DNA of 64,000 nucleotides from NCBI RefSeq assembly GCF_057098645.1, contig NZ_CM169472.1; one strand, 5' to 3'. Shown piece by piece: positions 51,364 to 64,000 of this stretch (position 1 is its first letter; each line of letters starts with the position of its first letter). The notes under the pieces were generated by a model. It saw only the letters and a program-made list of their open reading frames with translations, ran no database searches and was not told where the DNA came from. The position numbers and the translations under genes were made by a program.

Positions 51364-52125
51364 CTATTCTGGGTTGAACTGTGGATTCGCCAACATAAAG
51401 CCGCCATCCACTATCAACGACTGCCCGGTGGTGTAATTTGCGCCCTCCGAACAAAGCCACACCACCAGGCTGGCAATCTCATGCGTTGCGCCAAAACGCC
51501 GCAAGGGAATCGAAGGCTCCGCGTCGGGCTTCACGTCGCTGTCATCCATGCCATTCATTGGCGTGGCGATCGCCCCAGGCGCGACTGCGTTCACCAAAAT
51601 CTTATGCCTGACCAGCTCCAGCGCCATCGCTTTGGTTAACCCACCGAGCGCATGTTTAGCGGCTGTGTAGGCGCTGGCATCCGGCAGCGGCGTATGTTCA
51701 TGTACCGACGTAATGTTGATGATGCGACCGCCCTGCCCTTGTTTCACCATCTGACGAGCCGCAATTTGCGAGCATAAGAATGCACCATCGACATCAACGG
51801 TAAAAATCTTGCGCCACTCATCAAAAGCCATATCAAGAAACGGCGCTTTGGTCATTGCACCCGCATTATTCACCAGCACATCAATGCGCCCCAGCCGTTG
51901 AATGAGTTTCTCCAGCGCCAGTGCCCCTTCTGGTAGATTGCCGAGATCCAGCTGCACGATCTCCGCACGTACGCCGTGGCTAACTACCTCACGCGCGGTA
52001 TCTTTTGCCCCTTCTTCATCTGAGTGCCAGGTAATACCAATATCAAACCCCTGCTGCGCCAGTAATAACGCGCACTCTTTGCCGATCCCCGAATCGGAGG
52101 CGGTAATAATCGCAACCTGTGCCAT
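51364..52125 (-). CDS. yohF: Short-chain dehydrogenase/reductase YohF
   Basis: TASDSGIGKE Rossmann motif and SDR active-site Y...K. Confidence 0.85.
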   Translation of the reverse strand: MAQVAIITASDSGIGKECALLLAQQGFDIGITWHSDEEGAKDTAREVVSHGVRAEIVQLDLGNLPEGALALEKLIQRLGRIDVLVNNAGAMTKAPFLDMAFDEWRKIFTVDVDGAFLCSQIAARQMVKQGQGGRIINITSVHEHTPLPDASAYTAAKHALGGLTKAMALELVRHKILVNAVAPGAIATPMNGMDDSDVKPDAEPSIPLRRFGATHEIASLVVWLCSEGANYTTGQSLIVDGGFMLANPQFNPE

Positions 52126-52177
52126 CGAGTTCTCCACTTAACGCTGAATAAACGTTAAGTATAGAAGGCGCATATCA

Positions 52178-53614
52178 TCAGCGTTTGTAACCCCCGCCCA
52201 ACGCACCAGTGAGTTGAATGGAGGCATCCAGCCACTGCCCTTGCAATAACAGGCCATTGGCCCGCTCACGCAGCGCGGGGATTCTGGCTTCGCTGACGCG
52301 GGAACCAGCAATGATGCCCGCGTTAAAGCGCGCCTGCGCAAGACCTACCACACGCAAGGCATCGCGCTCAATTTGCGCCTGATGCTGGTTTTTCTCCGCC
52401 AGTGTCTGAACCTGACTGGCTGCCCGCGCCACGTCATTCACCGCTTCAACCACCGCTTTGTTGTAGCTGGCGATAGACAAGTTGCTTTCGGCTTTTGCGA
52501 TATCGAGATTGGCGTTAAGACGACCACTATCGAAAATGGGTAGCGTCAGGCCTGCCGTAACGCCCATTTGCTGCGCGGAATGACGGAACAGATCGCTTAA
52601 GTGCAACGCATCCTGTTGCAGGAAGGCCATCAGGTTGATGTCAGGATAAAATGCCGCTTTTGCCGCATCAATGGTGCTTAGCGATGACTCAACGTACCAG
52701 TGCGCCGCCTGCAAATCTGCCCGCCGGGCCAGTAAGGAGTACCCCAGTTCATCAGGAAGCTGGCTTGCCACTTTCGGCAACGCGACCGGTTTAAGCTTCA
52801 ATGACTTTGTCTGGTTATTTGTAAGTGCGCTTAACCGTGCCTCAATAATTTTCATTTTCCCCGCGACATCGTTGAGCTGCTGCCGGGTTTTGCTGGCATT
52901 AATATCGGTTTCCACACCTTCAACTGAAGAAGTAATCCCGTTCTGATATAGCTGGCGATCGGTCGCGATAATGGTGTTCTGCTCTTTTTCTATTTGCTGC
53001 AAGACCGTGTTTAACGCCGCCTGGGTTTGCCACTCCCAGTACAGGCGGGCTACGCTGCCAGCCAGCAATTGGCGGGTTTGCTCGCGTTCCGCCGCCCGTG
53101 CTTTAACCGTACCCAAGCGGGCAGTAACCTCCGCCCGATTCTTTCCCCAGATATCGAGATGCCAGCCCGCCGTTAAGCCAAAAGTACCGTTGGTGTACCA
53201 CGGGCCGGTCGTACCTGCGGCCGGATCGTTCAGAGCAAACGGCCCCATTAAGCCTTCTGCCGACATTTTTTGCCGCTCCATATCCGCCGAAAAGTCGATC
53301 TGCGGACCATCCTGAGTGGCAACTGCCTTCGCCTGGGCTTCAGCTAGCTGAATGCGCTGTTCAGCCACCTGCATATCCGGTGCGTTCTGTAGTGCATTGT
53401 TAATTAAGGAAGTGAGTTGATTATCGTGATACTCCAGCCACCATTGGCTGTCTGGCCAACCATTTTTCAGCGCCGTGGGTAATGCGGTGTCAACTTGTGC
53501 AGCGGGCGTTTGCTGGCTTAACGCCTGGCGGGTTTCATGCATAGGCGCACACCCGGCCAGCATCAGTAACAGCGGAAAACAGGCGATGGCTGGATAAAAG
53601 GAATCACGATTCAT
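52178..53614 (-). CDS. mdtQ: Outer membrane efflux lipoprotein MdtQ, apparently intact
   Basis: Lipoprotein signal LLMLAGC; uninterrupted 478-codon frame. Confidence 0.75.
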   Translation of the reverse strand: MNRDSFYPAIACFPLLLMLAGCAPMHETRQALSQQTPAAQVDTALPTALKNGWPDSQWWLEYHDNQLTSLINNALQNAPDMQVAEQRIQLAEAQAKAVATQDGPQIDFSADMERQKMSAEGLMGPFALNDPAAGTTGPWYTNGTFGLTAGWHLDIWGKNRAEVTARLGTVKARAAEREQTRQLLAGSVARLYWEWQTQAALNTVLQQIEKEQNTIIATDRQLYQNGITSSVEGVETDINASKTRQQLNDVAGKMKIIEARLSALTNNQTKSLKLKPVALPKVASQLPDELGYSLLARRADLQAAHWYVESSLSTIDAAKAAFYPDINLMAFLQQDALHLSDLFRHSAQQMGVTAGLTLPIFDSGRLNANLDIAKAESNLSIASYNKAVVEAVNDVARAASQVQTLAEKNQHQAQIERDALRVVGLAQARFNAGIIAGSRVSEARIPALRERANGLLLQGQWLDASIQLTGALGGGYKR

Positions 53615-53837
53615 GGGGGAATAATCAGGTAAGAAAAGGTGCGCGGAGATTACCGTGTGTTGCGATATATTTTTTAGTTTCGCGTGGCAATACATCAGTG
53701 GCAATAAAACGACATATCCAGAAAAATATACACTAAGTGAATGATATCTTCCGATTTATCTTAATCGTTTATGGATAACGGCAAAGGGCTTCGTTTTTTC
53801 CTATACTTATTCAGCACTCACAAATAAAGGAACGCCA

Positions 53838-53921
53838 ATGAAAATTATACTCTGGGCTGTATTGATTATTTTCCTGATTGGGCTACTGGTGGTGACTGGC
53901 GTATTTAAGATGATATTTTAA
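53838..53921 (+). CDS. yohP: Small membrane protein YohP
   Basis: MKIILWAVLIIFLIGLLVVTGVFKMIF. Confidence 0.7.
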   Translation: MKIILWAVLIIFLIGLLVVTGVFKMIF

Positions 53922-53999
53922 AATTAATTAATGTCATCAGGTCCGAAAATAACGAGAATATTTCAGTCTCTCATCCTGTTGCGCTCCTGTCATGTGCAT

Positions 54000-54250
54000 T
54001 GCTTCATATAATCACTGGCGCAAGGAGCGCGCAGGGGGCGGCCAATCGCCGCCGCCCCCTGCACCCCCGGGCTCTGGCGAACAAAATCGCCGCTGCGCGG
54101 TGCCCTCGGCTTATCCCTTACGGCTACCGGGTCGGGCGCGAGGTAACATCCCTGTAAAACGCGCCCTCAGCCCACATCCATGTGGGCTGCCCCGGCCTTC
54201 AGGGAACGCCTCGGCAATTTTGACGCCACCAAACAACCGTGCGGCCTATT
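54000..54250. repeat. GC-rich palindromic intergenic element
   Basis: Nested palindromes such as cagcccacatccatgtgggctg and gggggcggccaatcgccgccgccccc; no credible ORF. Confidence 0.4.
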
Positions 54251-54293
54251 GATAAAGAGCTAACACATTGTCAAAAAACATCACTATGGTTTT

Positions 54294-55241
54294 TTAGAGT
54301 TTCTCGATATCAATTGCCTGAATAGCCCTTGCAATATCAGGGGAATTATTCAACACCCGAACATGCTGAAATAATTCCGTTGCTTCATCGTATTCTTTAC
54401 GCAAATAACTCAACCACTGTTTAATCCGCGCAACGTGATATAACCCGGTATCGCCCTGCTTTTCCAGACGGGTATATTTTTGCAGCAAAGCAACCACCTC
54501 CGGCCACGGCATTCGCGGTTCGTTATATTTTACCACCCGGCTCAGGTTGGGAATATTGAGCGCCCCGCGACCAATCATCACTGCGTCGCAGCCGCTGATC
54601 GCCATGCATTGTTGCGCGCTCTGCCAGTCCCAGATTTCACCGTTGGCAATCACCGGAATATTCAGCCGCTGGCGAATATCGCCAATCGCCTGCCAGTCAA
54701 TATGCTCCGCGCGGTAACCCTGCTCTTTCGTCCGCCCATGCACCACCAGCTCCGTAGCGCCAGCCTGTTGAACCGCATCGGCGATTTCAAATTTCTTCTC
54801 ACCGCTGTCCCAGCCCAGACGCACTTTCACGCTGACGGGCAAATGCGCCGGTACAGCTTCACGCATCGCTTTTGCACCCTGGTAGATGAGTTCAGGATCT
54901 TTGAGTAACGTCGCCCCGCCGCCGCTACCGTTAACCGTTTTCGACGGGCAGCCGCAATTGAGATCCACGCCCCAGGAACCTAACTCCACCGCACGGGCGG
55001 CGTTCTCTGCCAGCCATTGTGGGAACTGACCTAACAACTGCACGCGCACCAGCGTACCAGATGGTGTCCGGCTGGCGTTTTGTAGCTCAGGGCAAATGCG
55101 ATGAAAGACTTTTACCGGCAGCAGTTGATCCACCACGCGGACAAACTCGGTGATGCACAGATCGTAGTCGTTAACTTCGGTCAGCAATTCACGCACCAGA
55201 GAGTCAAGCACTCCCTCCATCGGTGCCAGTAACACACGCAT
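54294..55241 (-). CDS. dusC: tRNA-dihydrouridine(16) synthase
   Basis: [20 protein letters not shown]... Confidence 0.9.
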
Positions 55242-55443
55242 ATCATCACCCGCAAAAAAATGAGGCGCTATGTTAGCGCCTATGGTCAGCGGATTAAAGG
55301 TCTGCAAAGAGGGATTGCTGCAAACTGCAATCCCTCTCTATGCTTGATGTATGCCTGAGTTCGCTGCGCATTGCGTAATGCCGGGGAGCGAAAAAATAAG
55401 CGCTGATTTCTTAATGTGATCGGTAGCACGTTTTACGAATTAA

Positions 55444-56570
<1,127 letters not shown>

Positions 56571-56699
56571 AATTTGCGATGCGTCGCGCATTTTTGATGT
56601 ATGTTTCACGCGTTGCATAATTAATGAGATTCAGATCACATATAAAGCCACAACGGGTTCGTAAACTGTTATCCCATTACATGATTATGAGGCAACGCC

Positions 56700-58695
<1,996 letters not shown>

Positions 58696-58888
58696 TATTC
58701 CCCTCTCCAGTTAATTATTGAGAATAATTATTACTTCACCTGATAAGCTGCGGATATCACATTCCTAACCGCAGCTATTTGTGAATCTTTTCACAGTTTA
58801 AATTCCCCCGCACGCTTAGCCTTAATATCAGTACATTATTATTTACTAAACGCTCGCCTTAATTACCTATAGCATTAAGGAAGATCAC

Positions 58889-60127
58889 ATGCCGCAACAA
58901 AATTATCTGGATGAACTCACTCCGGCTTTTACGTCTTTACTGGCGATTAAAGAAGCCTCTCGCTGTTTATTATGTCACGACGCTCCCTGTAGTCAGGCTT
59001 GCCCGGCACAGACCGATCCGGGGAAATTTATTCGCTCAATCTACTTTCGTAATTTTAAAGGCGCTGCCGAGACAATTCGCGAAAATAATGCCCTCGGTGC
59101 CGTTTGTGCCAGAGTGTGCCCGACGGAGAAATTATGCCAAAGCGGTTGTACCCGTGCCGGTGTTGATGCTCCCATTGATATCGGCCGCTTACAGCGTTTT
59201 GTTACTGATTTTGAACAACAAACCGGAATGGAAATTTATCAGCCCGGTACTAAAACGCTCGGCAAAGTCGCGATTATTGGCGCAGGTCCTGCCGGATTGC
59301 AGGCCAGTGTGACACTGACAAACCAGGGTTATGACGTCACGATTTATGAGAAAGAAGCGCACCCCGGTGGCTGGTTGCGTAACGGTATTCCGCAATTCCG
59401 GTTACCGCAATCAGTGCTGGATGCAGAGATCGCCCGTATTGAAAAAATGGGCGTGACCATTAAGTGCAACAACGAAGTCGGTAACACACTCACCCTTGAG
59501 CAGCTGAAAGCAGAAAACCGCGCGGTACTGGTCACCGTGGGGTTATCAAGCGGTTCCGGGCTACCGCTGTTTGAGCATAGTGACGTTGAGATTGCCGTCG
59601 ACTTCTTGCAACGTGCACGACAGGCGCAAGGCGATATCAGCATTCCACAAAGCGCATTAATTATCGGCGGCGGTGATGTCGCGATGGACGTAGCCAGCAC
59701 GCTGAAAGTTCTCGGCTGTCAGGCGGTAACTTGCGTAGCGCGTGAAGAGTTAGATGAGTTTCCGGCAAGCGAAAAAGAGTTTACCAGCGCCCGGGAGCTG
59801 GGCGTTTCGATCATCGATGGATTCACGCCAGTAGCCGTGGAAGGCAATAAAGTCACGTTTAAGCATGTACGGTTATCGGGCGAACTGACGATGGTGGCAG
59901 ATAAAATTATTCTCGCCGTCGGTCAGCATGCCAGACTGGATGCCTTTGCGAAGTTAGAGCCGCAGCGTAACACCATCAAAACACAAAATTATCAGACCCG
60001 CGATCCGCAAGTCTTTGCTGCTGGCGATATTGTTGAGGGTGACAAAACCGTGGTCTATGCCGTGAAAACCGGGAAAGAAGCCGCCGAGGCGATTCATCAC
60101 TATTTAGAGGGAGCTTGCTCATGTTAA
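58889..60127 (+). CDS. preT: NAD-dependent dihydropyrimidine dehydrogenase subunit PreT
   Basis: GAGPAG dinucleotide-binding motif, Cys clusters. Confidence 0.9.
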   Translation: MPQQNYLDELTPAFTSLLAIKEASRCLLCHDAPCSQACPAQTDPGKFIRSIYFRNFKGAAETIRENNALGAVCARVCPTEKLCQSGCTRAGVDAPIDIGRLQRFVTDFEQQTGMEIYQPGTKTLGKVAIIGAGPAGLQASVTLTNQGYDVTIYEKEAHPGGWLRNGIPQFRLPQSVLDAEIARIEKMGVTIKCNNEVGNTLTLEQLKAENRAVLVTVGLSSGSGLPLFEHSDVEIAVDFLQRARQAQGDISIPQSALIIGGGDVAMDVASTLKVLGCQAVTCVAREELDEFPASEKEFTSARELGVSIIDGFTPVAVEGNKVTFKHVRLSGELTMVADKIILAVGQHARLDAFAKLEPQRNTIKTQNYQTRDPQVFAAGDIVEGDKTVVYAVKTGKEAAEAIHHYLEGACSC

Positions 60128-61356
60128 CGAAAGATCTTTCGATTACTTTTTGCGGCGTGAAGTTTCCCAACCCGTTCTGCCTCTCTTCTTCGCCGGTAGG
60201 CAACTGCTATGAGATGTGTGCCAAAGCCTACGACACAGGTTGGGGCGGCGTGGTGTTTAAAACGATCGGCTTTTTTATCGCCAACGAAGTCTCGCCGCGT
60301 TTTGATCATCTGGTGAAAGAAGATACCGGTTTTATCGGCTTCAAAAATATGGAGCAGATTGCTGAACATCCGTTGGAAGAGAATCTGGCCGCCCTGCGTC
60401 GGCTGAAGGAAGATTACCCGGACAAAGTATTGATCGCTTCGATCATGGGGGAAAATGAGCAGCAATGGGAGGAGCTGGCGCGCCTGGTGCAAGAAGCTGG
60501 CGCGGATATGATCGAGTGTAACTTCTCCTGTCCGCAAATGACTTCTCATGCGATGGGTAGCGATGTCGGGCAAAGCCCGGAGCTGGTAGAAAAATATTGT
60601 CGAGCAGTGAAACGGGGTTCCACGCTGCCAATGCTGGCGAAGATGACGCCGAATATCGGTGATATGTGCGAAGTGGCGCTGGCGGCGAAGCGCGGCGGCG
60701 CAGATGGCATTGCGGCGATTAACACCGTTAAATCCATCACCAATATCGATCTTAATCAGAAAATCGGTATGCCGATCGTTAACGGAAAATCGAGTATTTC
60801 CGGATATTCCGGTAAAGCGGTAAAACCGATCGCCCTGCGCTTCATTCAGCAAATGCGCACCCATCCAGAACTGCGCGATTTCCCAATCAGCGGTATCGGC
60901 GGCATTGAAACCTGGGAGGATGCGGCGGAGTTTTTATTGCTCGGCGCAGCAACGTTACAGGTCACCACCGGCATTATGCAGTACGGCTATCGCATCGTAG
61001 AAGATATGGCGAGCGGGTTGTCGCATTATCTCGCCGATCAGGGATTTGATTCGTTGCAGGAGATGGTAGGTCTGGCGAATAACAATATTGTCCCGGCGGA
61101 AGATTTAGACCGCAGTTATATTGTCTATCCCCGTATCAATCTTGATAAATGTGTTGGCTGTGGACGCTGTTATATTTCCTGTTACGACGGCGGTCACCAG
61201 GCGATGGAATGGAGCGAGAAAACCCGCACACCGCATTGTAATACCGAGAAATGTGTGGGTTGTCTGCTTTGTGGTCACGTCTGCCCGGTGGGTTGTATTG
61301 AGCTCGGGGAAGTGAAGTTTAAGAAAGGCGAGAAAGAACACCCGGTAACGTTGTAA
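60121..61356 (+). CDS. preA: Dihydropyrimidine dehydrogenase subunit PreA
   Basis: C-terminal 4Fe-4S ferredoxin motifs [11 protein letters not shown] and [12 protein letters not shown]. Confidence 0.9.
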   Translation: MLTKDLSITFCGVKFPNPFCLSSSPVGNCYEMCAKAYDTGWGGVVFKTIGFFIANEVSPRFDHLVKEDTGFIGFKNMEQIAEHPLEENLAALRRLKEDYPDKVLIASIMGENEQQWEELARLVQEAGADMIECNFSCPQMTSHAMGSDVGQSPELVEKYCRAVKRGSTLPMLAKMTPNIGDMCEVALAAKRGGADGIAAINTVKSITNIDLNQKIGMPIVNGKSSISGYSGKAVKPIALRFIQQMRTHPELRDFPISGIGGIETWEDAAEFLLLGAATLQVTTGIMQYGYRIVEDMASGLSHYLADQGFDSLQEMVGLANNNIVPAEDLDRSYIVYPRINLDKCVGCGRCYISCYDGGHQAMEWSEKTRTPHCNTEKCVGCLLCGHVCPVGCIELGEVKFKKGEKEHPVTL

Positions 61357-61366
61357 AACCAGAGAC

Positions 61367-61560
61367 GCATCCGGCATTTGGTTCCTGTCGCCGGATGCGG
61401 CTTGAACGCCTTATCCGGCCTACAAAACCATACAAATCAGTATGTTGAGCTCATTGTAGGCCGGATAAAACGCGCCAGCGTTGCATCCGGCATTTGGCTC
61501 CTGTCGCCGGATGCGGCGTGAACGCCTTATCCGGCCTACAAAACCACACAGATCATGATG
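61367..61560. repeat. REP / BIME cluster
   Basis: Two inverted copies of gccggatgcggcgtgaacgccttatccggcctacaaaacc. Confidence 0.8.
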
Positions 61561-61598
61561 TTATGTGCGTTTATGACCGAATGCGGACCACAATCATT

Positions 61599-62609
61599 TC
61601 ACTTCTTACGCGCGTACTTCAGTGAATCCAGCGCTACGGCGAAGATAATAATCGCCCCTTTGATGATGTACTGCCAGTATGGGTTTACGCCGATATACGT
61701 CAGGCCATAGTTGATGACGGTAAAAATAATTACCCCGGTCACCACGCCAATCACCGTCCCCACACCGCCGCTGAACGATACACCGCCTACCACGCACGCC
61801 GCGATAGCATCCAGTTCATACATAAAGCCGAGGTTGTTGGTGGCAGAGCCGATACGTCCGGCTTCTAACATCCCGCCAAAGGCATAGAACACGCCAGACA
61901 ACGCGTAGATCATCAGCAGGTTCAGGCCGACGTTGACACCAGATACTTTTGCCGCTTCCGGGTTACCGCCAATGGCAAAAATGTTCTTACCGAAGCGGGT
62001 TTTGTTCCACAACACCCAGACGAACGCCACCGCAATCAACGCGTAGAAGGTGATGTAAGAGAGACGGAAACTCCCCAGCGCGACAAAGCCCTGAGCAAAG
62101 GTAGAGAAGCCACTGTCAAAACCAGAAATTGGCGACGCCCCGACAAAGTCGTAATAGAGCGAGTTGATGCCATAGACGATGATCATCGTGCCGAGCGTGG
62201 TAATGAACGGCGTCACGTTGAGATAAGCGATAATCAGACCGTTGATCAAACCGATCACCGCACCAATGGCACAGACAATCAGAATAACCAGCGCAATCGG
62301 CATCGTCGCCATTTCCGGGAACACTTTGTTGGCGTTATCCATGGACTGCAATAACGTCGCCGCTACTACTGCCGCCAGCCCCACCTGGCGACCTGCAGAA
62401 AGGTCGGTCCCCTGGGTGACAATTAACCCTGCCACGCCGAGCGCGATAATAATACGCACCGATGACTGGGTGAGAATATTACTTAAGTTCAACAGACTTA
62501 AAAATGTTGGGTCCTGGAAAATAATAATCGCCAGCAAAACTAAAAGAACGACGTAAATACCGCCCTCTTTCAGGTAAGTAAGAAAACTTTTCTTATTTAA
62601 CGCACTCAT
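61599..62609 (-). CDS. mglC: Galactose/methyl-galactoside ABC transporter permease
   Basis: 336-aa permease. Confidence 0.9.
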   Translation of the reverse strand: MSALNKKSFLTYLKEGGIYVVLLVLLAIIIFQDPTFLSLLNLSNILTQSSVRIIIALGVAGLIVTQGTDLSAGRQVGLAAVVAATLLQSMDNANKVFPEMATMPIALVILIVCAIGAVIGLINGLIIAYLNVTPFITTLGTMIIVYGINSLYYDFVGASPISGFDSGFSTFAQGFVALGSFRLSYITFYALIAVAFVWVLWNKTRFGKNIFAIGGNPEAAKVSGVNVGLNLLMIYALSGVFYAFGGMLEAGRIGSATNNLGFMYELDAIAACVVGGVSFSGGVGTVIGVVTGVIIFTVINYGLTYIGVNPYWQYIIKGAIIIFAVALDSLKYARKK

Positions 62610-62624
62610 GGGAAGCCCCTAATC

Positions 62625-64000
62625 TTAAAGGTGCAAAGACGCAAGACGCAGAATTTCGTTTTGCGTTGTTGTTTTTGTATCGACAATTCCGGAAACGAGA
62701 CCATTGCTCATGACCAGAATACGGTCTGTTATCCCTAACAACTCAGGCATTTCAGAGGAGATAATAATAATCCCCTTGCCTTTCTTCGCCAGTTCGGCAA
62801 TTAACTGATAGATCTCAAACTTCGCCCCGACATCAATACCGCGCGTCGGTTCATCGAGCATTAATATTTCTGGTTGCGTTAGTAGCCAGCGACCAATAAT
62901 CACCTTTTGCTGATTACCACCGGAGAGCGAACCAATTTGCGTCCGATGACCCGGCGTTTTTACCCGCATCGAATCAATCACCCACTGGGTATCGCTTTTC
63001 ATCCGCGAGTTATCCAGTAAACCAACTTTATTTTTGTAGTTGCGAATATTGGAAATTAACGAGTTAAAACCGATATCCAGATAGGCATAAATTCCCGTTG
63101 AGCGGCGCTCCTCAGTTACCAGTGCAAATCCGTGGTTTATGGCTTCGTTGGCATTATGGTTATTGATCTTTTTGCCGTGCAACGTAATTGTGCCAGCCGA
63201 TTTCTCGCGAATACCAAATAACGTCTCAACAATATCGGTACGTTTCGCCCCCACCAGACCGGCAATACCGAGGATCTCCCCTTTATGCAGATCAAACGAG
63301 ACATCGCGAATCGACGGCTGGCGCAGTGACGTCAGGTTACGCACCTCGAGGATGACTTCGCCCGGCTTGTTTTCTTTGTCAGGAAAACGCTGGTTAAGAG
63401 AACGCCCAACCATCATGGCGATAATCTTGTCCATCGTCAGCCCTGCCAGCGGTTCGGTGGCGATCCACTGACCGTCGCGCAATACGGTAACTTCATCACA
63501 TAACTGGAAGATTTCTTCCATTTTATGCGAGATATAAACAATACCGCAGCCGCGCTCTTTTAATTTACGAATAATAGTGAACAGATGATTGACCTCTTTT
63601 TCGGTTAACGAAGAAGTCGGTTCATCCATAATCACAATTTTCGCGTTATAGGAAAACGCTTTGGCGATTTCGATCATCTGCATTTGCGAAACAGATAATG
63701 TGCCGACGCGCGCACGCGGATCGATATCAATATCCAGTTCATCAAAAATCGCTTTGGTTTCGCGGTACATTTTGTCCTGGTCGACAAACATGCCTTTGGT
63801 GGGGTATCGCCCAAGCCACATGTTGTCCATCACCGAACGTTGTAATACCAGGTTTAACTCCTGGTGTACCATCGAAATACCATTTTCCAGTGCTTCTTTG
63901 GCCGAATGGAAATCGATCTCTTTACCCTGGAATAAAATGGTGCCGGAGTCTTTTTGATAAATACCAAACAGGCATTTTAATAATGTTGATTTTCCTGCGC
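62625..64000 (-). CDS. mglA: Galactose ABC transporter ATP-binding protein, N-terminus beyond window
   Basis: Duplicated ABC ATPase domains ([15 protein letters not shown]); open frame runs past position 64000. Confidence 0.9.
   Translation of the reverse strand, partial: AGKSTLLKCLFGIYQKDSGTILFQGKEIDFHSAKEALENGISMVHQELNLVLQRSVMDNMWLGRYPTKGMFVDQDKMYRETKAIFDELDIDIDPRARVGTLSVSQMQMIEIAKAFSYNAKIVIMDEPTSSLTEKEVNHLFTIIRKLKERGCGIVYISHKMEEIFQLCDEVTVLRDGQWIATEPLAGLTMDKIIAMMVGRSLNQRFPDKENKPGEVILEVRNLTSLRQPSIRDVSFDLHKGEILGIAGLVGAKRTDIVETLFGIREKSAGTITLHGKKINNHNANEAINHGFALVTEERRSTGIYAYLDIGFNSLISNIRNYKNKVGLLDNSRMKSDTQWVIDSMRVKTPGHRTQIGSLSGGNQQKVIIGRWLLTQPEILMLDEPTRGIDVGAKFEIYQLIAELAKKGKGIIIISSEMPELLGITDRILVMSNGLVSGIVDTKTTTQNEILRLASLHL

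Noticed and set aside
53992-54252. 86-aa proline-rich ORF
   Set aside because: Lies entirely within a GC-rich palindromic intergenic element; likely a compositional artefact.

Overview
The window is an enterobacterial (E. coli-like) chromosome segment. Positions 1 to about 39770 are the right-hand ~40 kb of a lambdoid prophage inserted in the 5' end of mlrA (yehV); its left end lies outside the window. Positions ~39771 to 64000 are ordinary chromosome (mlrA remnant, yohO, yehWXYZ, bglX, dld, pbpG, yohCDF, mdtQ, yohP, dusC, yohJK, cdd, sanA, yeiS, preTA, mglC, mglA). The prophage has an HK97-like head/packaging module (HNH, terS, terL, protease-capsid fusion, portal) and a lambda-like tail, all on the minus strand, then a phage-21-type lysis cassette, a nanS-p-like esterase, two tRNAs, Q, and a nin region. 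The immunity region reads cII-cro-OR-cI, and the leftward early operon (N, Ea10, cIII, kil, gam, bet, exo, xis, int) runs on the plus strand to the att junction. No stx genes sit between the tRNAs and nanS-p; a TerB-like gene occupies that slot. The best candidates for an undescribed system are a three-gene cassette directly downstream of cI in the rexAB slot (28240-29703) and a 590-aa AT-rich antisense moron in the nin region (20411-22183). All names come from reading the translations and from recalled protein families; no database search was run.
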